Shown here: one piece after another, positions 1 through 11,455 of the stretch
Layout: every line of letters begins with the position of its first letter
Position numbering within the stretch: the stretch's first letter is position 1
Source: Heterodontus francisci
Taxonomy: Eukaryota
Length of the DNA stretch: 64,000 nt
Assembly: GCF_036365525.1 (NCBI RefSeq)
Contig: NC_090376.1
Location: forward strand, 38,187,075 to 38,251,074
Direction: 5' to 3'
Position numbers and translations under genes: made by a program
Notes under the pieces: generated by a model
What the model was told of the DNA's origin: nothing
Seen by the model: the letters and a program-made list of their open reading frames with translations, nothing else
Databases searched by the model: none

Positions 1-580
1 CATTCAGCTGGTGTTTGACCATAGACAGCACATCCTGCAGGTCAATGCCTGTTCCCTGGTCAGCAGTCATGATGCCTTCATTCTGCAGCAGTCTGCTGTG
101 CCAGCTGCATTTCAGCCATCATGGTAAACCAAAAGGTGACTTCTAGGTGACAAGGGCTATCCACTGACGGCACAGCTGGTGACTTCAGTGCACAACCCAT
201 GCACATATGTGCTGCACGCATATACTGCATATGCTGCACAATCAAAGCCAAAGCCAACTTGCCCCACAAATCTCATAGAGTATACCATTGGTATGCTGAA
301 ACAATACTTCCGCTGCTTGGAGCATTCTGGAAGATCCCAGTAGTACTTGGCAGAATGGGTGCCAAGATTCATGGTGGTCTGCTGCATACTGCACAACCTT
401 GCTATCATGAGGGCCAGCCCTTGCCACCAGCTAAACGGAAAAAAGCAAAGGAGTAGGAGCATAAGGAGAATGAGTAGGAGTATCAGGAGGTGAGGAAGAG
501 GAGGAAGTAGTGGAAGGGGAAGCAACCTAGAGAGCTCCTTTATGACTAGGCTGTCTATTAAAAATTCATCCGAGTGCAAT
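1..580 (+). pseudogene. Harbinger transposase (HARBI1-like DDE nuclease), C-terminal part, disrupted
   Basis: SSHDAFIL, LGDKGYPL, FRCL and CCILHN motifs across several frames with stops. Confidence 0.85.
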
Positions 581-2750
581 GCCAGTAGACACAACCTCGG
601 TTCCCCATTCACCAACAGTCCCACACCTTACCTTCCCTGCGTCACTGACCATCACAGTGTTTGCTTGGCCATAATGCAAAAATAAAAGCCACCTTAAAAT
701 AAGCATTTTATATCATGCCGTATTGTATACAAAAGTCAACTAATCAGCCTTGTGTATTCCTTTGGTGCTTGTCTTCCTTGTGCCTTTGTCTGATTTAGTG
801 CTCCTGTGCAATGCTACCCCAGTGGTTGCAATATGGCTGGCGGAAGCCTCCTAACTCTCAGTGGGGGAGACTGCAGATGGCTTGGAGGACGACCCTGAGC
901 AGCTGTGGGTGTAGAAAGCCCAGTTGCAGACTGCATGACCTCGGTATTGGTGACAGCAGTCTGGGCTGGCTGTCAAGGAAAAATAAGGGCACTGGCAGAG
1001 TGGCAGGGGTGGGAGGATGAATGTAGTCTTCCTGAGAGAGAACAGCAGGTTTGTGCTCCATGGAGCCACTGCCATTCCCCCGGGATCGCACCTCAGCAAT
1101 CCTAGTAAACTGCAACGGAAACTGTGACATTGGCATCAGCTACTGCATTGTGGTTGGGTGCACAAGTGTGTGAACTAAGTTGACCACTAGTTCCATACTG
1201 AAAAGAATGGCCTCCAAGCCCTATGTTAAGATGGTGCTGGACTCCTCCATGCACTTGGCATTGACCACGGGCTTTCTGGCAGGCTTCCCAATGCACCAAG
1301 ACTTTTGTTGTGCATACCCGTTAGCTTTCTTCTGTCAGCTGCTCCAGAAAAGTGCTCACTTCAGTTCTCAGCAGGAGAATCCGTATGCAACCTCGCCCTC
1401 TAGCAAGCTGCACTATCCTTGTATCCTCCACTGGATGTAGCCTGTTCCTGCACTGTGTCTCACCAAGTGCAGATCCTGCCTTCAATTATTCTCTAATATA
1501 CGTTCAGTATCATTAACTAGTGGCTGCCAGTATAAAATCAAGTGACGGTGCTGTGTCTTCATCATCACTCTCTTCTTGGTGTTCATTCACTGCCTGGCCA
1601 GGTTGGTCCACATGGGCATCTGAAAGAAAAAAGCAACAAGGATAAAGTTGTGGTGTGGGAGGGGAGAAAGTAAGAGGTGCATGCTTACACCATCTGCAGC
1701 TTGCTAATCAGAAGAGACTGAGATCAAAGACAGGTGTGATATGACAAGGAGGATTAAGGTATAAGCATACATGTTATCTTCAATGGTTTCAGTCCTGCCA
1801 GTGACCATGATCTTAGCAATGGCCATCCCAATAATGGCCAACACTGTCTCTTCCATGGGCGTTAGGACATGCAGGCACTTGTGTCCCTTTCCAGTTAGTG
1901 CCTGCTGCCTCTAGTTGTGCACCAACTTGACCTGCAAGGAAGAGGGAAGTGTGCCAGTGAGTGTTATTCAATCTATTTGGCTGATGTGGTTGTCATGGTT
2001 GAATAGCTGGCAGTGTGTGCAAGCTGTGAGATGTGGATGTGAGGCTTGCAGCAATGCTAAGTGTGTGAGGGTGAGGTGAATGTTAGATCTGAGTCCTGAT
2101 TGTTGGAGATTGTTAGTAGGTGTGTGATGGGTGTGGTGAATTGAACAGTGGCTGAGGCTAGTGGTGCAGTTGGTAGGATATGGTATTTGAAGATACATTC
2201 ACTGACTTTGACCACTTATGAGGTGTCATTGAACTTCTTGCAACACTGCATCCAGGTTCTCACAGCTTGACTCCTGGCATTGACCTCCACGGCTACCAGC
2301 TCCCACTGCCTTTAGACCATGTCTCTGGAGGACCTGTTGGTCCTCTGTGGATACAGGACATCTCTCATAATTTACAGCTCCTCCACCAAGGGCTCCAGTG
2401 CCATATCCAAATTTCTTGAAGCCTACTTTCTCCCATGTTGTGCTATTCTTCAGTGTTTCCCAGGTCAGATTCACTTCTTGTATGACTGCTAGCACCTGCT
2501 CCAGCCACAATGCAACCTCCCCTTTAAGAGATGCATCTTTAACTGGTGCTAGCAAGTTATGATTTTGGGCCCCCTGCTATTGCATGCAGTTGGCGCTGTC
2601 TGCACACAGCAATCATTTATATAACAGGCAACACAAAGTTGGTATACTGCATGCATTACATTGAACAGGCCTGGGTTAATTGTGTATTGCAACCCTTGCA
2701 CCCATTTTCGGGGGTTATCCGATTTAGCCATCATTCTCTTTTAAATATTC
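1..2750. mobile_element. Degenerate PIF/Harbinger DNA transposon, left part outside the window: 3' half of the nuclease on +, convergent Myb/SANT gene remnant on -
   Basis: + strand from nt 2 reads IQLVFDHRQHILQVNACSLVSSHDAFILQQSAVP, then LGDKGYPL, LKQYFRCL, VVCCILHNLA and an acidic tail (HARBI1-type DDE motifs). - strand near 2225-2300 reads VAVEVNARSQAVRTWMQCCKKFND (Myb/SANT). Right boundary approximate. Confidence 0.85.
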
Positions 2751-3524
2751 AGCAACTGCATGTTTGACCATGCTGCTGAGGATTATGCTGGGATATGTAA
2801 ACTCATTCAACAGTTCAAAGCTTGAAACTGAGAGGCCAACACTGTTAAATTAGGAACTCAATTTATTGTCATTTTCCTTCTTTTCCAGACCCTTTCCTCA
2901 CTTAAATTGTGGACTCTCGGCAGCAAAAAATCTAATTGCTTTATATTAACAAATTTGTAATGTATCCCAACCTGCTGAAAGAACAATCAGTTGGGAATTG
3001 TGAAGAATGTAAGGTAGAGGGTGGAACTACTTCTTTACTTGTTATTCCATTTGTATTTAACTAAAGTCAACTAAAAGTGAAAAATGTTTAGGTCAAAGGT
3101 AAAGTGCTGGCTAAACTCCTTGAAAGCCCTGAGTTAATAGTAAAGCTAATTATGAAGTCATTGCTTTGTTGGTCCATCAAGTACAACAAAAGCAAGCTTG
3201 TTGGTCTGACCATCAAGTGTCAAGCTTTTAATCTGACAACTAACCGAGGCTACAAAAGGTTAATTCAGTCGAGAGAAGATTCAGATAATTATCTTGGACT
3301 CCACAGATGGAAACTCTAGTATTACATAAAACTTATGAAAGAAAACCAAAGCATGTGCGATGTACAAATTGGTCCTACATACCACAGCTGAAATTTACAA
3401 GGAACAGCCTAGATAATCTCATCAAAGTTTTTCATTATAACATTATTTAGGATGAATGAATTGTAGATGCACAGAAGCTGCATCTGTCAAAATCATAAGA
3501 AGGTATGTATGTACTTGATTATTC

Positions 3525-3685
3525 AGTTAGTAGATGAGCTATATATGCTGGACAGGTCCTAGATTCAGTCCCCAATCTGAGCTGAATTTGCTGATCCCAG
3601 ACAGGGCACAATAGAGGATGATATTGTTTTACCTTGTTGCCCAGTGTGATGGAGAGGAAAACCTGCCAGGGTCCCACTCCTAATT
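3525..3685 (+). mobile_element. Old SINE-like fragment; similar pieces at about 25110-25250 and 26720-26860
   Basis: Degenerate B-box-like segment followed by a shared 'gctga..t..gctgatc.cag..agggc' body seen in all three places. Confidence 0.4.
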
Positions 3686-4437
3686 TTTTTTATTAATTCC
3701 TGGGATGTGGGTGTCGCTGGCTAGGCCAATCCCTAATTGGCCTTGAGAAGATGGAGATGAGCTGCCTTCTTGAGCCACTGCAGTCCATGTAGGACACCCA
3801 CAGTGCTGTTAGGAAGGGAGTTCCAAGATTTTGACCCAGTGACAGTGAAGGAATGGCGATATAATTCCAAGTCAGTATGGTGTGTGGCTTGGAAGGGAAC
3901 TTGCAGGTGGTGGTGTTCCCAACCATTTGCTGCCCTTGTCCTTCTAGGTGGTAGAGGTTGCGGGTTTGGAAGGTGCTGTCTAAGGAGCCTTGATGCGTTG
4001 CTACAGTGCATCTTGTAGATGGTACACACTGCTGCCACTGTGCGTCGGTGGTGGAGGGAATGAATGTTTGTGGATGGGATGCCAATCAAGCGGGCTGCTT
4101 TGTCCTGGATGGTGTTGAGCTTCTTGAGTGTTGTTGGAGCTGCACCCATCCAGGCAAGTGGAGAGTATTCCATCACACTCCTGACTTATGACTTGTAGAT
4201 GGTGGACAGGATTTGGGGAGTCAGGAGGTGAGTTACTCACTGCAGGATTCCTAGCCTCTGACTTGCTCTTGTAACCACGGTATTTATATGGCTACTCCAG
4301 TTCACTTTCTGGTCAATGGTAACTCCCAGGATGTTGATAGTGGGGGAATTCTGGAATAGTCAAGGGGAGATGGTTAGATTCTCTCTTGTTGGAGATGGTC
4401 ATTGCCTGGCACTTGTGTGGCATGAATGTTACTTGCT
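3685..4437 (-). mobile_element. 5'-truncated copy of the single-ORF CR1/Zenon-like LINE family (RT C-terminus plus 3' tail)
   Basis: ORF 3733-4176 MEYSPLAWMGAAPTTLKKLNTIQDKAARLIG is nearly identical to the copies at 38316-38911 and 59050-64000. Confidence 0.9.
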
Positions 4438-6959
4438 TTCCAGTGACTGCATAACACTTTGGTTTCCACGAATTTAATTCTGTTTATGTTCTGAAGTCTT
4501 CTTCGGATTTTAATTTCTTTAATTATTGCTAAAGGTGCTTGGTACTAATTCAGCCCCAATATCAGTGAAAATCTAACTTCATGGATTGTTTTCCACTGTG
4601 ATAGTGGTGTTGTCATTTTTTATTCCAGAGTTGTATTTGAATGTCCCTAAATTAAGCTTGGGCCAATTTTAGTTTCAATGGGCTTAATGTTGTTCGACTC
4701 AACATAGTAATGTTAATCAAACACATACTTCAGTCTAAATGTTACATTCCATCAAAGCTAATGCAAATCAGGTGCTGGCCACGTATACTTGGAAGCACAG
4801 TTTCCTCTTGTGCGGGCCAACAGGATGTGATGTGATTATAATGTGATCTTTATCATATCTTCAAACCCTGTAAATAAATTCAAAGCTCAATATAAACTAC
4901 TTTATGGTGGTAGAGGAATTTTCACTTTTTTTGTGTGTGTACAAGCTCACCAAGGTAGTGGTTTGCCAGTACTGTGGGATAGAATATTACTTTACTTTTT
5001 GTATCCAGCATCAACACCAAGCATTCCCAGTTCTCTAGATACAAATAACATAGCATAGATACAGATAATGGGAGAAAAATTTCATTAGGATAGTACCACG
5101 ATGCAGACTACATCAATTTCCTGTGTGCAGACAGCATCGTGGATCGTTATCTGCACATTGCCAAATGCCACATGGGTAGCGTTAGTAGCAACCTGCAGTG
5201 TGGTCTGTCCCTGGGGAATCGATGTAGTCTGCATCTTACCCAATGTATTTTACCCCAACATTATGGTAGATTTTCATCTTCACTGCCTGAGCCAACAATA
5301 GGCCCATTATTTTCTCAGTATTACTTTGCTATTAATTTGCTTCAATTAACTTTTCTAGCAACCTTTGAAGATCATCCTTCCACAGTTTCCCCATGGCAAT
5401 GTGGGCCTCTGTCCTACTGACTACCTGATTATGTTAATCTTCTCTTGTCCCAAGAGTTTACTCTATGAATCCCAAAACTACTTTCCATTCCTGCATTAAT
5501 AAATGGGTTTAATATTAGTTTCCAGATTAGCTGAGATTTGTTCAGGTATTCAGTGTGGTTAAGGATTCCTTCAGAGTGATTAGTGCTTGGATTGTAATCT
5601 AAAAATAGGCAGCTAACTATTTCAGGATTCTCAGCTATATGATTAGATGAGTAGTTGCTTACACCATTGTAAAGGAGGTCAGTAGTTTCCACTGGTGAGC
5701 AATGACTTCACCCTTTTCAGAGCAGTAGACTGTATATGCATTTCATAATACAACTAAAGTCTATGTAATAATTATTTTGGGAAGAAAATGCAACTTTAGT
5801 TGAGAAGGTAATGATCTTTATTTGCTGCTGCAGTTCTTTGTATATAAACAGATCTGTGGAGCTGTCCCAATAATAAACATGATTGGGAAAAAGGGTAAAT
5901 GCAGCTGGTTTTCCTAGCAGTACTGTATTTCCTGTTACTGTCAGTAACTGCCCTCACTGCACACATTGCAGAGGCCTCCTCAAAATACCCTTAAGAGAAA
6001 TAAGCCAATATTTAAAGCTCTATTGAAAAAATTTCTGCAATGATCTTCCAAAGGATCAGGCACAGAATGAGCTCTAATTCTGGTCCTAATCTAAAATGGT
6101 CAGAATTTTCTCCATGCCATGGTAACTTGGTAACTTTAAAAACATAGTCGATTTTTCCAGCTTGTTTAGGGAGGGGACTTAATGCAGTTTTGTGGTCTGG
6201 GGGTGGGAGAGAATGATTTATTGGCGTTCCCAGAAAGATAGTAAAGGATACGCCGAGTTCTGTGGTATTCTAATGAGCAGGTCCCCATCCCAAGTCTCTG
6301 ATGGGGGAGGGGGGAGGGGCAGAATTTAGTTCATTGGCAGCATATGGAGGTATAACTTGGTTCTGAATGACTGTTTTTGCTGGATTTGGGATTTGGGTAG
6401 TAGAATTTCAAGTGGTTGAAATCCAAATTCAAAGCTCAAATTAATCAACTTTCTAGAAATTCTTCTGTGGGTTATATTTAGCATTTTCACTAATGCACTT
6501 CAGTCAATTTCCACTTTACACTCAATTAACAAACTTGTTTAAAGTAAAATGTTAAAATACCATTCACGTGAATTTGTTGTGAACATGTTGACCAGTACAT
6601 TAAAAAATCACAAGAGGAATTGGGACCTCTTAATAATCTATACCACACTTGTATCATGCTACAGTGAAGGAATGAAATTCACCCACTTAAGCAAAACAGA
6701 GTGGAAATGAGGAATTATTCCATTTTCATGAATGATGACAGGGAAGTGGAACAAGTAATGCGAGTTAAATAAATATTCAAATCAAATCAGAAACAAGATG
6801 ATAGTTGTGGGATGAAATTGCTTAACATATCTGTCATATCAAATCTGGAGGAGGAGGGTTAGATTACCCCCCATTTCCCCACCCTAACCTATCCATCCTT
6901 TTTTTGGTAGCTCCCTAATAAACTAGAATACATTTTGGTGTATATTTATATTTAGGAGG

Positions 6960-7410
6960 ATAATCAAAAGTAATTGTGTTTTAAGGAGTGTCTAAAAGAA
7001 GAGAGGAAGGGAGGGAGGGAGATAGAGATGCAGAGGAGTTTCAGGAGGGAAGTCTAGAATGTGTTGTCTAGGCTAGGTGTCAGTAAGCTGCGGCTATGGA
7101 GCTGCATGCGGTTCGTTAAGGACTCGTGCAGCTTCCAACCTTGATTGATCGAACCCATTTTGATGGTAATTAAATGACTTTGTTCATTTTTTAAACTTTT
7201 ATCTACATTGTGCTTGTGGGAAAGGATCATTCAATTAACAACGTTTTTGTAAAAACCTTTAAAATGTCGTTGAAATGTGTCTTATCTTGTCTTTCATTAT
7301 TATTGGCATTTGAGTAACAGCACTGCAACTATTAAAGATATCGTGTTTTAACTAAAATTTTAAAATAGCTCTCGTTATTAAGATTGCTGATCCTTGGTCT
7401 AGGCAGTTGT
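6960..7410 (-). mobile_element. Degenerate L2-type LINE 3' fragment that hosts the hAT MITE
   Basis: 'ttttaaggagtgtctaaaagaagagagg...aggagtttcaggagggaagtctaga' resembles the L2 fragment at 25430-25500. Confidence 0.5.
7074..7396. mobile_element. Non-autonomous hAT (Charlie-like) MITE
   Basis: Exact 8-bp TSD GTCTAGGC at 7066-7073 and 7397-7404. Imperfect TIRs TAGGTGTCAGTAAGC / GATTGCTGATCCTTG. Subterminal GAGCTGCATGCGGTTC motif. Confidence 0.85.
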
Positions 7411-8319
7411 TGTTTGATCTTCTTTCCTTTAACGTTCTTTGAAGTTTTTTTAGCAGTCAATCTTTGTAAGGTTTCAACTCCTACACAACATACAAGGTAG
7501 TTACGTAATATGTGGCCATATCAATCCTATGAAAACCCCACATCACAACATTCAAGATATTCCATGATATCAGTTCAAAAACAGCTGCTGGCCGCTGTTG
7601 CTAATTAAGTCCCAGTTCAAAGAAAACCTGTTGGCTCAGATGACAATTCAGGGCTTACTGTTAGGGGGTGAATTTTCTTGGGGCCTCTCCTGCTCAGTTG
7701 CCGAAATGTTGGTGGAATTTCGGCGGAAACCCCTTTACATGTTATCCTGAGGAAGCCCTAAGGAAATTTGCTCCCTCCATTTCAAATTAGAGCCAAATCC
7801 ATTTTTTTAATAATAAAAGCAAAGTACTGCAGATGCTGGAAATCTGAAATAAAAAAAAGAAATGCTGGAAATACTCAGCAGGTCTGGCAGTATCTGTGGA
7901 GAGAGAAGCAGAGATAACGTTTCAGTGACCCTTCATTAGAACTAGCAGATATTAGAAATGTAAAAGGCTTTCAGCAAGTAAAGCGGGGGATAACAAAGGA
8001 GAAGGTGTTGATAGGACAGGGTCACAGAGAATAACTGACCAGAAGGTCATGGAACAAAGGCAAACGGTATGTTAATGGTGTGCTGAAAGACAAAGCATTA
8101 GTACAGAGAGGGTGTGAATTGACTGTAAAGCACAAAGCACTCCAAGCACAAACATTTAAAAAAATTTTTTAAACCAAAACAGTGGATAGGCACAGTAGAA
8201 ACAAACTAAACAAACTAACAAACCTAAAATAAAATAACCAAATAAAAAAGGAAAAAGAAAAAAAGAAAAAATAACTAAACACAAAAAGGGGGGCCCGTCA
8301 TGCTCTGAAATTATTGAAC

Positions 8320-9358
8320 TCAATGTTCAGTCCAGCGGGTTGTAGCGTACCTAATCGGTAAATGAGGTGCGGTTCCTCTAGCTTGCATTGAGGTTCGCTG
8401 GAACGCTGCAGCAATCCCAGGACAGAGATGTGAGCGGGGGGTGGGTGTTGAAATGGCCAACACTCAGAAGCTCAGGGTCATGCTTACGGACTGAGTGGAG
8501 GTGTTCTGTAAAGTGGTCACCCAGGCTGCATTTGGTCTCCCCAGTGTAGAGGAGACCACATTGTGAGCAGCGAATACAGTATAGTAAATTGAAAGAAGTA
8601 CAAGTAAATCGCTGCTTCACTCGAAAGGAGTGTTTGGGGCCTTGGATAGTGAGGAGAGAGGAGGTAAATGGGAAGGTATTACACCTCCAGGGATTGCAGG
8701 GGAAGGTGCCGTGGTAAGGGGATGAGGTGGTGGGGGTAATAGAGGAGTGGACGAGGATGTCGCGGAGGAATGATCCCTTCGGAATGCTGACAGGGGAAGG
8801 GGGGGAAAGATGCATTTGGTGGTGGCATCACGCTGGATGTTGCGGAAGTGGCAGAGGATGATCCTTTGGATGTGGAGGCTGGTGGGGTGGAAAGTGAGGA
8901 CAAGGGGAACCCTGTCGCAGTTCTGGGAGGAAGGGGAAGGGGTGAGGATAGAGGTGCAGGAAATGGGCCGGACACAGTTGAGGGCCCTGTCAACCACAGT
9001 GGGGGGGAATCCTCGGTTGAGGAAAAGGGAAGACATATCGGAAGCACTGTTATGGAAGGTAGCATCATCAGAGCAGATGTGTTAGAGACGCAGAAACTGG
9101 GAGAATGGAATGGAGTCCTTACAGGGGGCAGGGTGTGAAGAAGTGTAGTTGAGGTAGCTGTGGGAGTCGGTGGGCTTATAATGAATATTTGTAGACAGCC
9201 TAACCCCAGAGACGGAGACAGAGAAGTCAGGGAAGGGAAGGGAAGTGTCGGGGATGGACCATGTGAAGGTGAGAGAAGGGTGGAAATTAGAAGCAAAGTT
9301 GATAACGTTTTCTAGTTCCGGGCGGGAGCAGGAAATGGCACCGATACAGTCATCAATG
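8320..9358 (-). pseudogene. PLE reverse transcriptase / GIY-YIG endonuclease, frameshifted
   Basis: ORFs 9082-9477, 8617-9036 and 8378-8815 carry consecutive parts of one PLE protein. Confidence 0.88.
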
Positions 9359-9624
9359 AGAGAAAAAGTGGGGGTGGGGGCCTGAGAAGGAGGGGGCTCC
9401 CATGTTCGTGCTTGGAGTGCTTTGTGCTTTACAGTCAATTCACACCCTCTCTGTACTAACGCTTTGTCTTTCAGCACACCGTTAACATACCGTTTGCCTT
9501 TGTTCCATGACCTTCTGGTCAGTTATTCTCTATAACCCTGTCCTATCAACACCTTCTCCTTTGTTATCTCTTGCCCCACCCCCGCTTTACTTGCTTTAAA
9601 CCTTTTACATTTCTAATATCTGCT

Positions 9625-9661
9625 AGTTCTGATGAAGGGTCACTGACCTGAAACGTTAACT
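9625..9661 (+). ncRNA. Minimal type I hammerhead ribozyme motif in the PLE terminal repeat
   Basis: AGTT-CTGATGA-A-GGGTC-ACT-GACCT-GAAA-CGTT-AACT: both conserved cores, stem I AGTT/AACT, stem II GGGTC/GACCT and palindromic AACGTT in place of stem III. Confidence 0.7.
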
Positions 9662-9921
9662 CTGCTTCTCTCTGCACAGATGCTGCCAGACCTGCTGACT
9701 ATTTCCAGCATTTCTTGTTTTTGTTCCCTTCCTTTTTTTCTTTGTTTGCCATATGTGGGTAATATTGGCAAGGTTGCATTTATTGTCCATTGCTAGTTGC
9801 CTTGAGAAGTGATTGTGGGCTGCCTTCTTAAATCATCGATTCCAAGTTCCACAAGCCATTATTTTCTGGTGTCACCCCACAACTTACCAATTATTGAATT
9901 CAATTTCACATCTTGACATAT

Positions 9922-10518
9922 TGTTATGACCGTGGCGGGAGCAACACACTGTCAATTCAGTCACATCACTCCACAGGTCGCAGCATATTATTAAGCTTTT
10001 ACACCCAATCGAAAAACAGCCAAATTAAACACTTTAGTAACGCTCGGAATAAAACAGACCAAACCAGGTATCTTTAGACAACAACAAATTAACTATTTAT
10101 TTTAAAAAACTAAATCTTAAACACTATTAAGATAAACCTATGTCTAAAGACCTGATAACTTCTTATTTTAATCTAACTCCCCATTCACACACATACATTC
10201 AAAAGTAACAGTAGTTAATCGGTTTTAAAAGTGGAGGTTTTTTTTAAATTAGCTGTTTTAAATTAGCTAATTTTAAAATAAAATAAGAATGTCTTTGCGT
10301 GTTACATTCCTGATGGATAAGGTCTTCTAATGTAAAAATAATCAAAGGTTACTCGAAGTCTTCTCATGGATCAGATGAAAATAGTCCTTCAGTAGATAGG
10401 CATTCAACTCTTTGGCTGCAGCAAGCATTAAACAGTTCTTTGAACAATGAGCACAGCAATACAAATGGTTTCTTGAAAAAGAAGGCTTTTCTTCTTTAAG
10501 TAGGCAATTAACTTAGAT
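9922..10518 (-). mobile_element. Probable LTR fragment, cut off by a CR1 insertion
   Basis: Starts TGTTATGACC, the reverse complement of GGTCATAACA, which resembles the GGTCGTAACA end of the solo LTR at 34372. The other end was not found. Confidence 0.45.
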
Positions 10519-11055
10519 ATGAACATACGAATTAGGAGCAGGAGTAGGCCACTTGACCCCTCGAGCCTGCTCCACCTTTCAATAAGGTTGTGGCTGAACT
10601 GATTACTCCACATTTCCACCTAACCCCGTAAACCTTCCACCCCCTTGCTTATCAAGAATCTATCTACCTCTGCCTTAAAAATATTCAAAGACTCTGCTTC
10701 CACCGCCTTTTGAGGAAGAGAATTCCAAAGACTCACGACCCTCTGAGAGAAAAAATTTCTCCTCATCTCTGTCTGAAATGAGCGACCCTAATTTTTAAAC
10801 AGTGACCCCTAGTTCGAGATTCTCCAACAAGGGAAGCATCCTTTACATATCCACTCTGTCAAGACCCCTCAGGATCTTACATGTTTCAATCAAGTCACCT
10901 CTTACTCTTCTAAATTCCAGCGGATACAAGCCCAGCCTGTCCAATCTTTCCTCGTAAGACAGCCCACCCATTCCAGGTATTAGTCTAGTAAACCTTCTCT
11001 GTACTGCTTCCAACACATTTACATCCTTCCTTAAATAAGGAGACCAGTACTGTAC
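10519..11055 (-). mobile_element. CR1 LINE 3' end
   Basis: VQYWSPYLRKDVNVLEAVQRRFTRLIPGMGGLSYEERLDRLGLYPLEFRRVRGDLIE plus the typical 3' UTR. Confidence 0.9.
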
Positions 11056-11455
11056 ACTTGTCTTGTAGCTCCTTGTAGAACTTTTTTTGCTGAGAGGAAA
11101 TCGACACTGGGGCCACTGGCAGAGGGGCTGAGGAACTGCTGTCCAGACTCTGATCACCCTGAGAGGTGTCCCCAGAAGCAGAAGGCAGCTGTTCCTCCCC
11201 ACTTGCAAGGCACATGTACCTCCCTGCTGACCTGAGAAGGACAAGCGCCTGGTGGAGTCTCCAGGTGCCTCATCTCCCTCTCGCCTTGCCACGACAGCAT
11301 TGAGCTTATGGACAAGGCGATGGCATGCAGGTCTGCGTGCATCTCTGGCATCCACGGAGTGGTCTGCTGGATTAGGCTCTGCATGAAGGTCGCCAGTCTC
11401 TCTATGGAGGAAGCCCTGCGTGCACACACCTGAGTCATGGCAGCACTCATGGCAA

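Larger units (their letters stand above)
7815..9725 (-). mobile_element. Penelope-like retroelement (RT C-terminal half plus GIY-YIG endonuclease), 5'-truncated, with an inverted copy of its terminal repeat
   Basis: - strand fragments IDDCIG...FASNFHPSLTFTW...TNIHYKPTDSHSYL...SIPFSQFLRL, DRVPLVLTFHP and FTCTSFNLLYCIRCSQCGLLYTGETK. About 7856-8149 is the reverse complement of about 9408-9725. Confidence 0.92.

Noticed and set aside
157-624. Leu-rich 155-aa ORF resembling a membrane protein
   Set aside because: It is the antisense of the GAG-rich acidic tail of the Harbinger nuclease.
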